Part shown: positions 43,368 through 51,847 of the stretch, in pieces
Position numbering within the stretch: position 1 is the stretch's first letter
Layout of the letters: every line of letters begins with the position of its first letter
Notes under the pieces: model-generated
What the model saw: the letters and a program-made list of their open reading frames with translations, nothing else
Told to the model about the DNA's origin: nothing
Database searches by the model: none
Position numbers and translations under genes: made by a program
From: Minisyncoccota bacterium
GTDB lineage: Bacteria > Patescibacteriota > Minisyncoccia > Minisyncoccales > JAGOPM01
Length of the DNA stretch: 64,000 nt
Direction: 5' to 3'
Assembly: GCA_041651395.1 (NCBI GenBank)
Contig: JBAZJI010000001.1
Coordinates: 507,920 to 571,919, forward strand

Positions 43368-45074
43368 ATGCTAAGGAACATGAAATCATTCCAATTCCAT
43401 TTTAATATCAAGCGCAAAGACGAGACGATTTACGACAGTTTTATCTTTAATCCTGAAAAAAAAGACCAAGAAAAACTCGGCAACCTTTATATTGCCGGAC
43501 AAATTTCTAATGCCCTGCCCCAAAGCTTTAAGCTACTCAAAACACTTTCCGAGATTATCAGGCAAGAATATTTTAATAGTTACCACAAAGATTCTAACGC
43601 TGCTATAAAAGCCGCTTTAGGCAAAGCCAATGAATATTTGGAAGAAATTGTGCGCCAAGGCAATGTTAACTGGATGGGTAATATGGATTTTGCCGTCTTA
43701 GCCGTGTCTTCCCTATTTTTGAATTTTGTTAAAATTGGCAATATAAAAATATTGCTCTCGCGCAGCGGTGAAATTTATGACATCAGCGAAAATCTCGAAT
43801 ACCAAGATTCAGATATGGGCCCGGGCAGCGCCTTTCCCAATGTAGCTATCGGCAAGCTTTCGCACCGCGATCGGTTAATCGTTAATACGGCCGATTTTAA
43901 TGAATTTGCCCAAGACCAAAGCCTTATTACCGAAATCATCGACCTCCCGGAATGGAGCGAAAAAACAATTTCCAAACAGCTCAAACTTTATAATGAAGAA
44001 CTAAAAAGAGTATCGGGCGTCATGTTACTTTTAGATGTGGGTAATGAGCCGGGCAAGGCGCAATTCAACTTTTCTCTGCCCTCTTTGGGCAATAAGCCCG
44101 CAGGGAATAAAAAGCCCGCCGAAATCCAAACCGATGGAAATAATTTTCTCAAAATTGCCGCCGGCCTCATTTCCCTTGGCCTTCTCGCCTTGGTAGCTTT
44201 TGGTTTTTATAAATACAGCCCATTTTTCGGCCAACAAAAACCCGCGGCCCAGATTACGCCGCAAGCCATTCCTAGCACGCCCAGCTCCAGCGAGTCGGCC
44301 AAGGCGCCAACTAACGATATTGCCACCGCTACTTTACCGTTTTTTGAAATCAAAGATGAAAGCGTCAAAGCTACGGGGCTTTTGGCGGGCAATGATCAAC
44401 TTTTAGTATTTTCCTCAGGCAATAAAAATATTTGGAGAATAGATCAGAAAGACAAAAAGCTCGAAATGATAGCTACGGATAGCCCGATAAAATTTGCCGA
44501 TTCGCAACAGGGCATTTTCTTCCTTTTTGCCAATGACAACACAATCCTCAAATACGACCCCAAGGCCAATAAGATCACCAAAGTCCAACCAGTAAAATTG
44601 GACAGCAAAGCCATTATCACTGGATTTAATGTTTATACTTCCAAATTTTATCTGCTCGATTCTTTTAATGGGCGCATTCTGCGCGCCACTGGTGGGGCCA
44701 CTGGCGATTGGCTGACTGCCAATACCCGCAAGCCCAGTGGCGCCAAATCCTTGGCCATCGATAAATCACTTTGGATTTTAACTAAGAATAATGATTTGGA
44801 CAGGTATTTTGAAAACTCCTACAAAGAAACTATCAAGCTCAATGCTTCGCCCAGCCTGCAAAACCCTGTAAAAATTTGGACATCCCTGGCTACGCCCAAT
44901 ATTTACATTCTTGAACCGCAGCAGAACCGACTTTGTGTTTTTGATAAAAAAGGCAAACTGGTTAAAGAATATAAAGAAAGCACCTGGGCTGATTTGCGCG
45001 ACTTTGCCGTGGGCTCGGACGGATTCATTTATATTTTAGATGGTGGAAAAATTTACCAGATAAAAAACAATTAA
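43368..45074 (+). CDS. Hypothetical membrane protein: PP2C/SpoIIE-like (probably inactive) N-domain, TM segment, and a repeat-rich C-domain that could be a beta-propeller
   Basis: ORF track entry. The ATG at 43380 (preceded by AAGGA) is an alternative start. A TM segment is at ISLGLLALVAFGFY. The C-terminal half shows recurring blade-like segments of about 45 aa. Confidence 0.5.
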   Translation: MLRNMKSFQFHFNIKRKDETIYDSFIFNPEKKDQEKLGNLYIAGQISNALPQSFKLLKTLSEIIRQEYFNSYHKDSNAAIKAALGKANEYLEEIVRQGNVNWMGNMDFAVLAVSSLFLNFVKIGNIKILLSRSGEIYDISENLEYQDSDMGPGSAFPNVAIGKLSHRDRLIVNTADFNEFAQDQSLITEIIDLPEWSEKTISKQLKLYNEELKRVSGVMLLLDVGNEPGKAQFNFSLPSLGNKPAGNKKPAEIQTDGNNFLKIAAGLISLGLLALVAFGFYKYSPFFGQQKPAAQITPQAIPSTPSSSESAKAPTNDIATATLPFFEIKDESVKATGLLAGNDQLLVFSSGNKNIWRIDQKDKKLEMIATDSPIKFADSQQGIFFLFANDNTILKYDPKANKITKVQPVKLDSKAIITGFNVYTSKFYLLDSFNGRILRATGGATGDWLTANTRKPSGAKSLAIDKSLWILTKNNDLDRYFENSYKETIKLNASPSLQNPVKIWTSLATPNIYILEPQQNRLCVFDKKGKLVKEYKESTWADLRDFAVGSDGFIYILDGGKIYQIKNN

Positions 45075-45081
45075 ATAAAAA

Positions 45082-45103
45082 CAGCCCTTTGGGGCTGTTT
45101 TTA
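45082..45103. terminator. Bidirectional intrinsic terminator
   Basis: cagccc-tttg-gggctg is flanked by an A-run and a T-run. Confidence 0.7.
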
Positions 45104-45115
45104 TTTACTCAGCTA

Positions 45116-45517
45116 TTACTTGAGTTCAACAGTAGCGCCAGCGGTCTCGAATTTCTTCTTAATCTCGTTGGCTTCATCCTTCTTAACGCCCTCCTTAACA
45201 ACCTGCGGAGCGGACTCGGCGGCATCGGCCATATCCTTAGACTCCTTAAGGCCCTTCTGGGTGACATCGCGGATAACCTTGATGACCTCGATTTTCTTCT
45301 CGCCGGTCTTGGTTAAGACGATAGAAAATTCACTCTTTTCTTCCGCGGCGGCGGCACCAGCAGCCGGAGCGGCTCCGCCAACGAAGGTCGGAGTAGCGGT
45401 AACGCCAAACTTGCCTTCAATGGCTTTGACGAGCTCGGAAAGTTCCATAATGCTCATCTTCTCAATTTTTTCGATTATGTCCTTAAACTGTTCAGGGACT
45501 TGGAATTCTTCTGCCAT
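45116..45517 (-). CDS. rplL: Ribosomal protein bL12 (L7/L12)
   Basis: [16 protein letters not shown], an Ala-rich hinge, and C-terminal [12 protein letters not shown]...AGATVELK. Confidence 0.97.
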   Translation of the reverse strand: MAEEFQVPEQFKDIIEKIEKMSIMELSELVKAIEGKFGVTATPTFVGGAAPAAGAAAAEEKSEFSIVLTKTGEKKIEVIKVIRDVTQKGLKESKDMADAAESAPQVVKEGVKKDEANEIKKKFETAGATVELK

Positions 45518-45544
45518 AGTTTTGTATGTTTTATTAATTCTTAA

Positions 45545-46057
45545 TTACGCTGCCTGCTTTTCTTTCTGCTCCTTTACAGCATTAACGACTCTGGCAAAGC
45601 TTGCGGCAGTGTCATTAAGGGCGAAGGCCAGCATGGCATAAAGCTCTTCGCGGGACGGAATAGTGGAGAAAGCGACTACTTCAGCAGTATTGATGAAGTG
45701 GTATTTGCCCTCGTCCATGTAGCATCCGCCAAGGATTTTCAGGTTTTTGTTTTGCTTAGAAAATTCAACAAGAGGTTTTGTTGGAGAAAACTGGTCTTTG
45801 AATCCGAAAGCAATGGCAACCTGGCCTTCAAGATCTTTGGGATTGAATTCAATGCCCTTTTCCTTGAAAAGCACGTTGGTCAAGCTCTTTTTGACAGCTA
45901 CGAGCTTGCCATCTTTGATTTTGAGTTCCTTCTTGATTTTTAAGAGGTCCTCGTTCTTCAAACCTTTGTAATCCACAAAATACATGGACTTTTGCATAGA
46001 CAAAAGTTCACGCATGGCGGATAACTCGGTTGATTTTTGCTGTTTTGTTTTTGCCAT
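45545..46057 (-). CDS. rplJ: Ribosomal protein uL10
   Basis: I moved the start to MAKTKQQKSTEL (ATG at 46057). The typical L10 N-terminus is followed by YFVDYKGL. Confidence 0.9.
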   Translation of the reverse strand: MAKTKQQKSTELSAMRELLSMQKSMYFVDYKGLKNEDLLKIKKELKIKDGKLVAVKKSLTNVLFKEKGIEFNPKDLEGQVAIAFGFKDQFSPTKPLVEFSKQNKNLKILGGCYMDEGKYHFINTAEVVAFSTIPSREELYAMLAFALNDTAASFARVVNAVKEQKEKQAA

Positions 46058-46082
46058 AAAAATAAAAAAATGCCTGTTTTCT

Positions 46083-46159
46083 CCGCAGACATCGACCAAG
46101 CCTAAAAGGCTCTATTCCTAGGTGGGGCTTATTGAGTATACCCTGCCCACTGTCTACGG
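46083..46159 (-). promoter_or_regulatory. Structured rplJ 5' leader (candidate L10 autoregulatory leader)
   Basis: On the minus strand, CCGTAGACA (46159-46151) pairs with TGTCTGCGG (46091-46083). The pairing encloses two inner hairpins (GTGGGC..GCCCCAC and AGCC-tttt-GGCT). Confidence 0.4.
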
Positions 46160-46167
46160 TATGACCC

Positions 46168-46195
46168 AGTATAACAAAAAGGCAGGCCATGTCAA
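46168..46195 (-). promoter_or_regulatory. rplJ promoter
   Basis: On the minus strand, TTGACA (46195-46190), a 16-nt spacer, then TATACT (46173-46168). The -35 element sits in the loop of the upstream terminator. Confidence 0.5.
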
Positions 46196-46202
46196 GGCCT
46201 GC
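46176..46202 (-). terminator. Intrinsic terminator after the metalloprotease gene
   Basis: On the minus strand, GCAGGCC-TTGACAT-GGCCTGC is followed by CTTTTTGTT. Confidence 0.65.
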
Positions 46203-46208
46203 TCTAAA

Positions 46209-48584
46209 TTACTTACCAAATATTTGTCTTAAACCTGCTAAATCGCCAGAACCGATTTCCTGTGCATAGTTCATTATCTCATTAGGGCACTGAGGGGCAA
46301 AATTTAAGTCGTTATACAAATCATTCAAACCTAAACAATGGCCGAATTCGTGAGGCATCACTCTTGTCCAATATTTAGAATTTTCATAATAATTGAAATC
46401 AAGGCCCTTAGAACTATTAATCTCAATATCGCACTCCCGGACATAATGTTTGCCGCTAGCCGGATCAATAGTATCATCAACCCATGTCCAAGCCGTGGTC
46501 CCACTTTCCCAAATTGATTCCGAATTATTGGCAATTTCCCAAAGACCGTTATAGTCCCATTGCCCGTTATTCTTTTGCATATTGACCCTCGCGCTCAGAG
46601 AAGTGCTGGTCGCGATGCTAACCTTTTCAAAAAACTTGGTGTTAAATTTATTCTCCCAAGCTTTTTGCGCCTCAAGGAGCGCCTGCAAAGAGACATCCTT
46701 GCTAGCAAAAAATTTAATGGGCTTAAAGTATTTGGCCGTACAGCCGCCGGGCTGCCCGCAAATAGTTTTGAAGCATTTCTCGGCCGGGATTTTGCAATCC
46801 TGTGGACAGTTTTGTATAGTTTCGCCACGCTCACACAGCTGATTAGGGCAATCAAATTCATTGTAATTGAGCCAAAGCCAAAAAATATTACCAATATATT
46901 TTTCCCCAACATCATTTTCCATTTCCGTAAAAACCATATAAGGAACCTGCTTATTAAACTTTTTATAATCCACAAAATAAGTTCCCCGATCATCAACTTC
47001 TACCCATTGGGTTGGCTCCAAATTAACATCCATACCTCCCGTCACAACTTTTACCCCGAGCCTTGCCCGTGCTTTGGCGGCCTTGCCTAAACCGATAACC
47101 GTGAAGTATAGCCGCACAGATCCGTCGGCGCGTTCCTCATAATCACCATAAAAAACCGACTTGAGCTGCAAAGAGATAGGATTGATGTATTCTTTACAGA
47201 TATTATTGCAAACCTGCGGGTCTTGATAGCAATTTTTCCCGGCCTGTGAGCCCCACCATTTTCTAACCGCAGCCTCGCAGGTGGCGCGATCTTTGTAATT
47301 TACCCAGGTCCCATTCTTTTGCTGCTGCCCAAAGGTCGGGCGGCACTGACCATTATTCTTCACGCAAAAATACCAAGTACCGGCCGGATCTTTCTTGTCC
47401 TGGCATTGCTCTTTGGATAATTTTCCGCCCTGCCTAAAATAATAATCAATACCGATTTTAGCAGTCGCCACGGAATCATATGAAGTTTTGGGCGAATCCA
47501 AATTCTGGGTAAAGGCTGTCCCGTTTTTATTTTTATTTATCCAGACTTTGCGATAGCACTCCTGCGTTGCGCCAACTTCAGGCTTCCCTTTGTAATAATC
47601 GCAAGAAATATCACAGGACAAAAATGTCGAATGGCAAATACCAGTAGTTAACTGCTCCCCCGAGGCATTAACTTCGGTTTTTTGGATATCGGCTTCGCAT
47701 TCGTCTTTGGATTGGTAAAGTTTTTTGCTGGGGCTGCACTTCCCATCACTCTTTTTGCAAAGCTGCCAATACATTCTAGTTGCCTCTGCACTGGGCTTGG
47801 CCGTAGTACTGCTACTGCTGCCACCAAATACTAAATTACCCTTAATAAATCCTGAATCTTGCTTGACGGCCAGCTGCACCCAAGAACCCTCTAAGTTTAA
47901 GGCTTTATCCAGAAATAAACTGACCTGCGTCGGGTCAAGAATCGGCACGGGCTTTACCTGAAAAGCGCTCTCTTTGCCTTCCTTAAACGAAAATTCATAA
48001 TAGCCCTCCAAGGGCTGTGTGCTGCTCGCAAAGTTAAGAATTTTGGAAGTTATTTTGTTCCCGAGAGGAGTTGACTCGATTGGCCCGGTTTTAATTTCCG
48101 GGGCCAAAATATTGCCTTGGCTGTCATAATAATTAAAACTGGGTTTCTTTTCTCCGCCCATTTTTGGCTTGGGCGCATTGGCGCTTGGACAAAAGGCATT
48201 GCTTTGGCTTGAGCCTTGAAAATTTTTTGCAAAAGCGATGATGCAATATTTTTTCCCGGCTGCTAATTTCACCGGCTCACTGAAAAATTTTCCCTCGGAA
48301 AACATTTGAACTTTGGCCGTTTCCTTGACCATGGGCTTATCTTGATCAAAATACACAAAATACACAGTCGCAAAACTGCTTACACCCTTTTGAGTGAGCT
48401 CTCCCTGGAATACGGCTCCGTTTGGATCCATACTCAGTGGCTCAAGCGTGGCCACTAAGGGCACGCCATAACCGGGCTGAAATTCCATATAAACTTTAGT
48501 TTCGGCCTGTGCCAAGCCACAAACAAAAAACAAGGCCAAAAATATGCCCAAAATTAAACCTGCGTTGAATGTGCGGCCACTCAT
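46209..48584 (-). CDS. Secreted zinc metalloprotease (HExxHxxGxxD metzincin-like) with two six-Cys modules (791 aa)
   Basis: The signal peptide is MSGRTFNAGLILGIFLALFFVCGLAQA. The C-terminal catalytic motif is HEFGHCLGLND (46320-46352), followed by a Met-turn candidate EIMNY. Confidence 0.75.
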   Translation of the reverse strand: MSGRTFNAGLILGIFLALFFVCGLAQAETKVYMEFQPGYGVPLVATLEPLSMDPNGAVFQGELTQKGVSSFATVYFVYFDQDKPMVKETAKVQMFSEGKFFSEPVKLAAGKKYCIIAFAKNFQGSSQSNAFCPSANAPKPKMGGEKKPSFNYYDSQGNILAPEIKTGPIESTPLGNKITSKILNFASSTQPLEGYYEFSFKEGKESAFQVKPVPILDPTQVSLFLDKALNLEGSWVQLAVKQDSGFIKGNLVFGGSSSSTTAKPSAEATRMYWQLCKKSDGKCSPSKKLYQSKDECEADIQKTEVNASGEQLTTGICHSTFLSCDISCDYYKGKPEVGATQECYRKVWINKNKNGTAFTQNLDSPKTSYDSVATAKIGIDYYFRQGGKLSKEQCQDKKDPAGTWYFCVKNNGQCRPTFGQQQKNGTWVNYKDRATCEAAVRKWWGSQAGKNCYQDPQVCNNICKEYINPISLQLKSVFYGDYEERADGSVRLYFTVIGLGKAAKARARLGVKVVTGGMDVNLEPTQWVEVDDRGTYFVDYKKFNKQVPYMVFTEMENDVGEKYIGNIFWLWLNYNEFDCPNQLCERGETIQNCPQDCKIPAEKCFKTICGQPGGCTAKYFKPIKFFASKDVSLQALLEAQKAWENKFNTKFFEKVSIATSTSLSARVNMQKNNGQWDYNGLWEIANNSESIWESGTTAWTWVDDTIDPASGKHYVRECDIEINSSKGLDFNYYENSKYWTRVMPHEFGHCLGLNDLYNDLNFAPQCPNEIMNYAQEIGSGDLAGLRQIFGK

Positions 48585-48607
48585 ATCAATTTAACAAATT
48601 ATAACAA

Positions 48608-48664
48608 AAAAGGCGCACTAATAATAAAGCGCGCCTGTGGAAAGAAAAAACCGGATAAATCCGG
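48608..48664 (-). terminator. Two tandem intrinsic terminators
   Basis: On the minus strand, CCGGAT-TTAT-CCGG followed by TTTTTTC, then AGGCGC...GCGCCT followed by TTTTTTGTT. Confidence 0.65.
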
Positions 48665-48847
48665 TTAGATGATTTCGTGGACAAAGCCGAGTTTCAAGGC
48701 CTCTTGGGCGCTGAAATACTTTTCATTGCGGTAAAGCTCGGCGAATCTGCCTGCGCTTAACTTTCTCCCACAGGCTTCGCGAATGATCCTTGGGGCGGGG
48801 TCATCATTCTTAATAAACGGCAATTCTACCCGTCTGGTCACTCTGAT
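48665..48847 (-). pseudogene. ClpP/crotonase-fold C-terminal remnant (60 open codons, no ATG)
   Basis: Manual translation ends ...IIREACGRKLSAGRFAELYRNEKYFSAQEALKLGFVHEII*. It aligns by eye with the ClpP C-terminus (..DRDNFLTAEEAKEYGLIDEV). Only GTG or TTG starts are possible, and it overlaps the 3' end of the neighbouring ORF. Confidence 0.3.
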
Positions 48848-50414
48848 CTAGTCGGAAATAATACTCTCCCGGTGTCGCAAAACTATAAGTAAAATCTTCC
48901 CCATCAGGGATTAGCCCGCTACGCAGAAAGTCCTCCCCGCCGCGAAAAACCTTAATGTCGTGCCACTCCCTGTCTAGATTTACAAAATGCACATCCGTAT
49001 TTTGAGGCACTTTCAAAAATATTGGCGTAATCTGCCCGTTCTTAATAACTATACTATTGATAAATTCATATTTACCAAGCAACAGATAATCATTAGGAAC
49101 AACTGCCACAATCCCCTCGTCTTCAAAAGCAGAATAGGCAGAGCGCTTGCTCGGATACTGCCAGCCGCAACGCGCGTTACAGTTCGTATTATTGGTTTCT
49201 TTTGTTTTGGAATCATTAAAAAGGACGTAGCGCAATTTTCCCAAAGAAGAATTGCCCGGTTTCCAACCATTATCGTTAACATAGAGATGATTCAGGTAAT
49301 TCTTGCCATTGGGCGCCAAATACTGGCCGTATCCCTGAAATCCAAGGACAACAAGTTGATGCTGGTTGCCCGAATCCCAAAACTTACACGTGTTCAAGGA
49401 TGGTCGGCACAAAATCACAAATGGAATATAGTTATCTGTATAAACCTGTTTTAGAGTCAGCGGACTGATGGGACCAATGTGCACCACGCTCATACCCAAT
49501 GTGCGCCACAAAGATTTTTCCGCCGGCCGAGTATTATACATATCTCCCCATAATCCGTATTTCAAAAACATTTCGCGGCAATCAATAGGATTGGGCTTGT
49601 TTTTATTTATCTTATCCCAATTAGCCCGGACCTTTGAATCGTTCTGATACCAATAATCAATCAGCATAGTAGCGGCCGCGTGACGACAGCCGACTACTTC
49701 ATAGCTGCCTTCCCCGGTCATAATCGTATTCCAAGGATAATCGTGGATATTGTAATATGGCACATTAAGCAAAACCGAACAGGCCGGATTACTTTCGGCT
49801 AAAATATTTTTATCTTTATCAAATATGAAAGCCTTATAACAAAAGCCACGGCTGGAATAGATATTAAGCCCGGTAAGCGCTATCGTGGCCTCGAAGTAGC
49901 CATTATTTTTAGGCGTGACGATTTTTGCCTTGGCGATGTCGCTAAAAAAAATCGGGGCGCTGCCCATAATATCCTTCTGAAAAAATTTCAAACCGATTTT
50001 TGCCCCCAAGGGCAGATTAGAGACAACACCGGAAAGTGCATAGCGTATGTCGCCCGTTAGCGAATAAATTCGCGGATCATTAATATTGACGTTTGGCACA
50101 ATACCCTTAAAAGTTTTGCAAGGATTACTGATAAACAGATTAATATTGGAATCCCCATAAATATCCTGTATTTCCTCAGAAAAACTGCCATCGGAGGTAG
50201 GGGTAATCTTCAAGGTATCGACATCCTCCTCTGCTACGATATGCAAGCAAAAATTTTTAGAGCTGCTCTCCACTTTGCCAAAAATCATTATCCGGCCATC
50301 CTGACGAGTATGGTAAACATACTCCTCGGCCCGGGCAGCACTAAAACAAAAAGAAAAAATTGCCAACGCAGCTAAAAAAATATTTTTCAATTTCCAGTTT
50401 GATTGATTATTCAT
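48810..50414 (-). CDS. Secreted protein with a C39-like cysteine peptidase core and a cupredoxin-like C-terminal domain lacking Cys (534 aa)
   Basis: I set the start at the ATG at 50414 (MNNQSNWKLKNIFLAALAIFSFCFSAARA signal), which avoids overlap with the upstream gene. VGCRHAAATMLIDYW and HQLVVLGFQG resemble the Cys/His blocks of peptidase C39-like proteins. Confidence 0.5.
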   Translation of the reverse strand: MNNQSNWKLKNIFLAALAIFSFCFSAARAEEYVYHTRQDGRIMIFGKVESSSKNFCLHIVAEEDVDTLKITPTSDGSFSEEIQDIYGDSNINLFISNPCKTFKGIVPNVNINDPRIYSLTGDIRYALSGVVSNLPLGAKIGLKFFQKDIMGSAPIFFSDIAKAKIVTPKNNGYFEATIALTGLNIYSSRGFCYKAFIFDKDKNILAESNPACSVLLNVPYYNIHDYPWNTIMTGEGSYEVVGCRHAAATMLIDYWYQNDSKVRANWDKINKNKPNPIDCREMFLKYGLWGDMYNTRPAEKSLWRTLGMSVVHIGPISPLTLKQVYTDNYIPFVILCRPSLNTCKFWDSGNQHQLVVLGFQGYGQYLAPNGKNYLNHLYVNDNGWKPGNSSLGKLRYVLFNDSKTKETNNTNCNARCGWQYPSKRSAYSAFEDEGIVAVVPNDYLLLGKYEFINSIVIKNGQITPIFLKVPQNTDVHFVNLDREWHDIKVFRGGEDFLRSGLIPDGEDFTYSFATPGEYYFRLDQSDQTGRIAVY

Positions 50415-50424
50415 ACAATTATCG

Positions 50425-51789
50425 CTAGATATCATATACCACTGCCCTTTCCACAATTTGGCTTTCAATGCCTAATTTTTCTTTTATGCCATCTTGAAGC
50501 ATTAGCTGGCCCTTTTCCTCTCCGTGATTGATAAATACTTGTTGGGGCTTGGGGGTCTGCATTTGTTTTAACCAATGCAAAAGCCTTGGCTGGTCGGCAT
50601 GCGAAGAATAGGCTCCGACAGCCTTTACTTTGGCGCGCACCTTTACCTCTTCCCCATTGATATTAACCGTCTGCGCCCCTTCCATCAGCTCTCGGCCCAA
50701 AGTCCCCTCGGCTTGAAAACTAACGATAAGCAAAAAATTATTACTATCGGGAAGATATTTTTTTAAGTGGTAAAGTATGCGCCCGCCATTACACATGCCC
50801 GAACCGGCCAAAATCACTTTGGGGGGCTTGGTCTCATTAATCTTTTTCGATTCCTCGGGCGAGGGAGTATATTCCAAACCGCGGAAAGCAAATAAATCAT
50901 CGTCCTTCTTCAGCTTCTTTTGCGCCTCCTCATCAAACCAATCTTCGTATTTACGATAAATATCCACGGCCTTAATAGCCAAGGGGCTATCCAAAAACAT
51001 TTTTACTTTAGGCAGTTGATGAGCCTCCACCATAAAATTAAGCTCGTATAAAATTTCTTGCGAGCGCTCCAAGGAAAAAACCGGCAGCATTAATGTTCCG
51101 CCGCGGGCAATGGATTCTTCAATGGCTTCTTTAAGTATGAGAGAACGTAATTCAGGCGCTTCATGTATCCGGCCGCCATAAGTCGCCTCGCAAACCACAT
51201 AATCAGCCCCGCTTATAATATCGGTATCTTTAACCAAGGGCACGGGGCTATTGCCCAAGTCTCCGGAAAAAACTATTTTCTTTTTTTTGCCCTCTTCTTC
51301 AATTAGAATTTCTATGACCGCGGAACCCAAAATATGCCCCGCATTACGCATTACCACCTCAATACGGCCTTCGGGGCGAAAAGAGCGGCCATATTCTTTG
51401 GTTTCAAAATTCTCCAACAAACCACCGATGTCTTCGGCTGTAAAAAGCGGCTTGATATTTTTTGTCCGTGCTTCCTCGGCAATAATCTTGGCCGAATCCA
51501 AAAAAGTGATTTCTGCCAATTCTTTAGTGGGCGGCGTGCAATAAACTTTTCCGCTAAAACCCTCACTAAAAAGCCGAGGCAATCTTCCGCTGTGGTCGGC
51601 ATGCGCATGAGTAAGCAAAACAAAACTGATTTCTTTGGGTTCAAAACCAAACGGCTTTAGATTTTCATCCGTGGCAAATTCTATCCCCTGGAAAAGCCCG
51701 CAATCGACTAAAAATTTTATGCCATTGGCTTCGACGAGCGCACAAGAACCGGTAACAGTTTTGGCCGCGCCATGAAAAGAAATCTTCAT
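50425..51789 (-). CDS. MBL-fold beta-CASP RNA-metabolising hydrolase (RNase J/CPSF-like)
   Basis: LTHAHADHSGRLP (HxHxDH), a beta-CASP-length insert, and a C-terminal SSHAD motif. Confidence 0.85.
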   Translation of the reverse strand: MKISFHGAAKTVTGSCALVEANGIKFLVDCGLFQGIEFATDENLKPFGFEPKEISFVLLTHAHADHSGRLPRLFSEGFSGKVYCTPPTKELAEITFLDSAKIIAEEARTKNIKPLFTAEDIGGLLENFETKEYGRSFRPEGRIEVVMRNAGHILGSAVIEILIEEEGKKKKIVFSGDLGNSPVPLVKDTDIISGADYVVCEATYGGRIHEAPELRSLILKEAIEESIARGGTLMLPVFSLERSQEILYELNFMVEAHQLPKVKMFLDSPLAIKAVDIYRKYEDWFDEEAQKKLKKDDDLFAFRGLEYTPSPEESKKINETKPPKVILAGSGMCNGGRILYHLKKYLPDSNNFLLIVSFQAEGTLGRELMEGAQTVNINGEEVKVRAKVKAVGAYSSHADQPRLLHWLKQMQTPKPQQVFINHGEEKGQLMLQDGIKEKLGIESQIVERAVVYDI

Positions 51790-51847
51790 TGTTTAATTAT
51801 ATCAAAACTTAAAACGAAAGAAAAAAGCCCATAAGAGCTTTTTAAAT

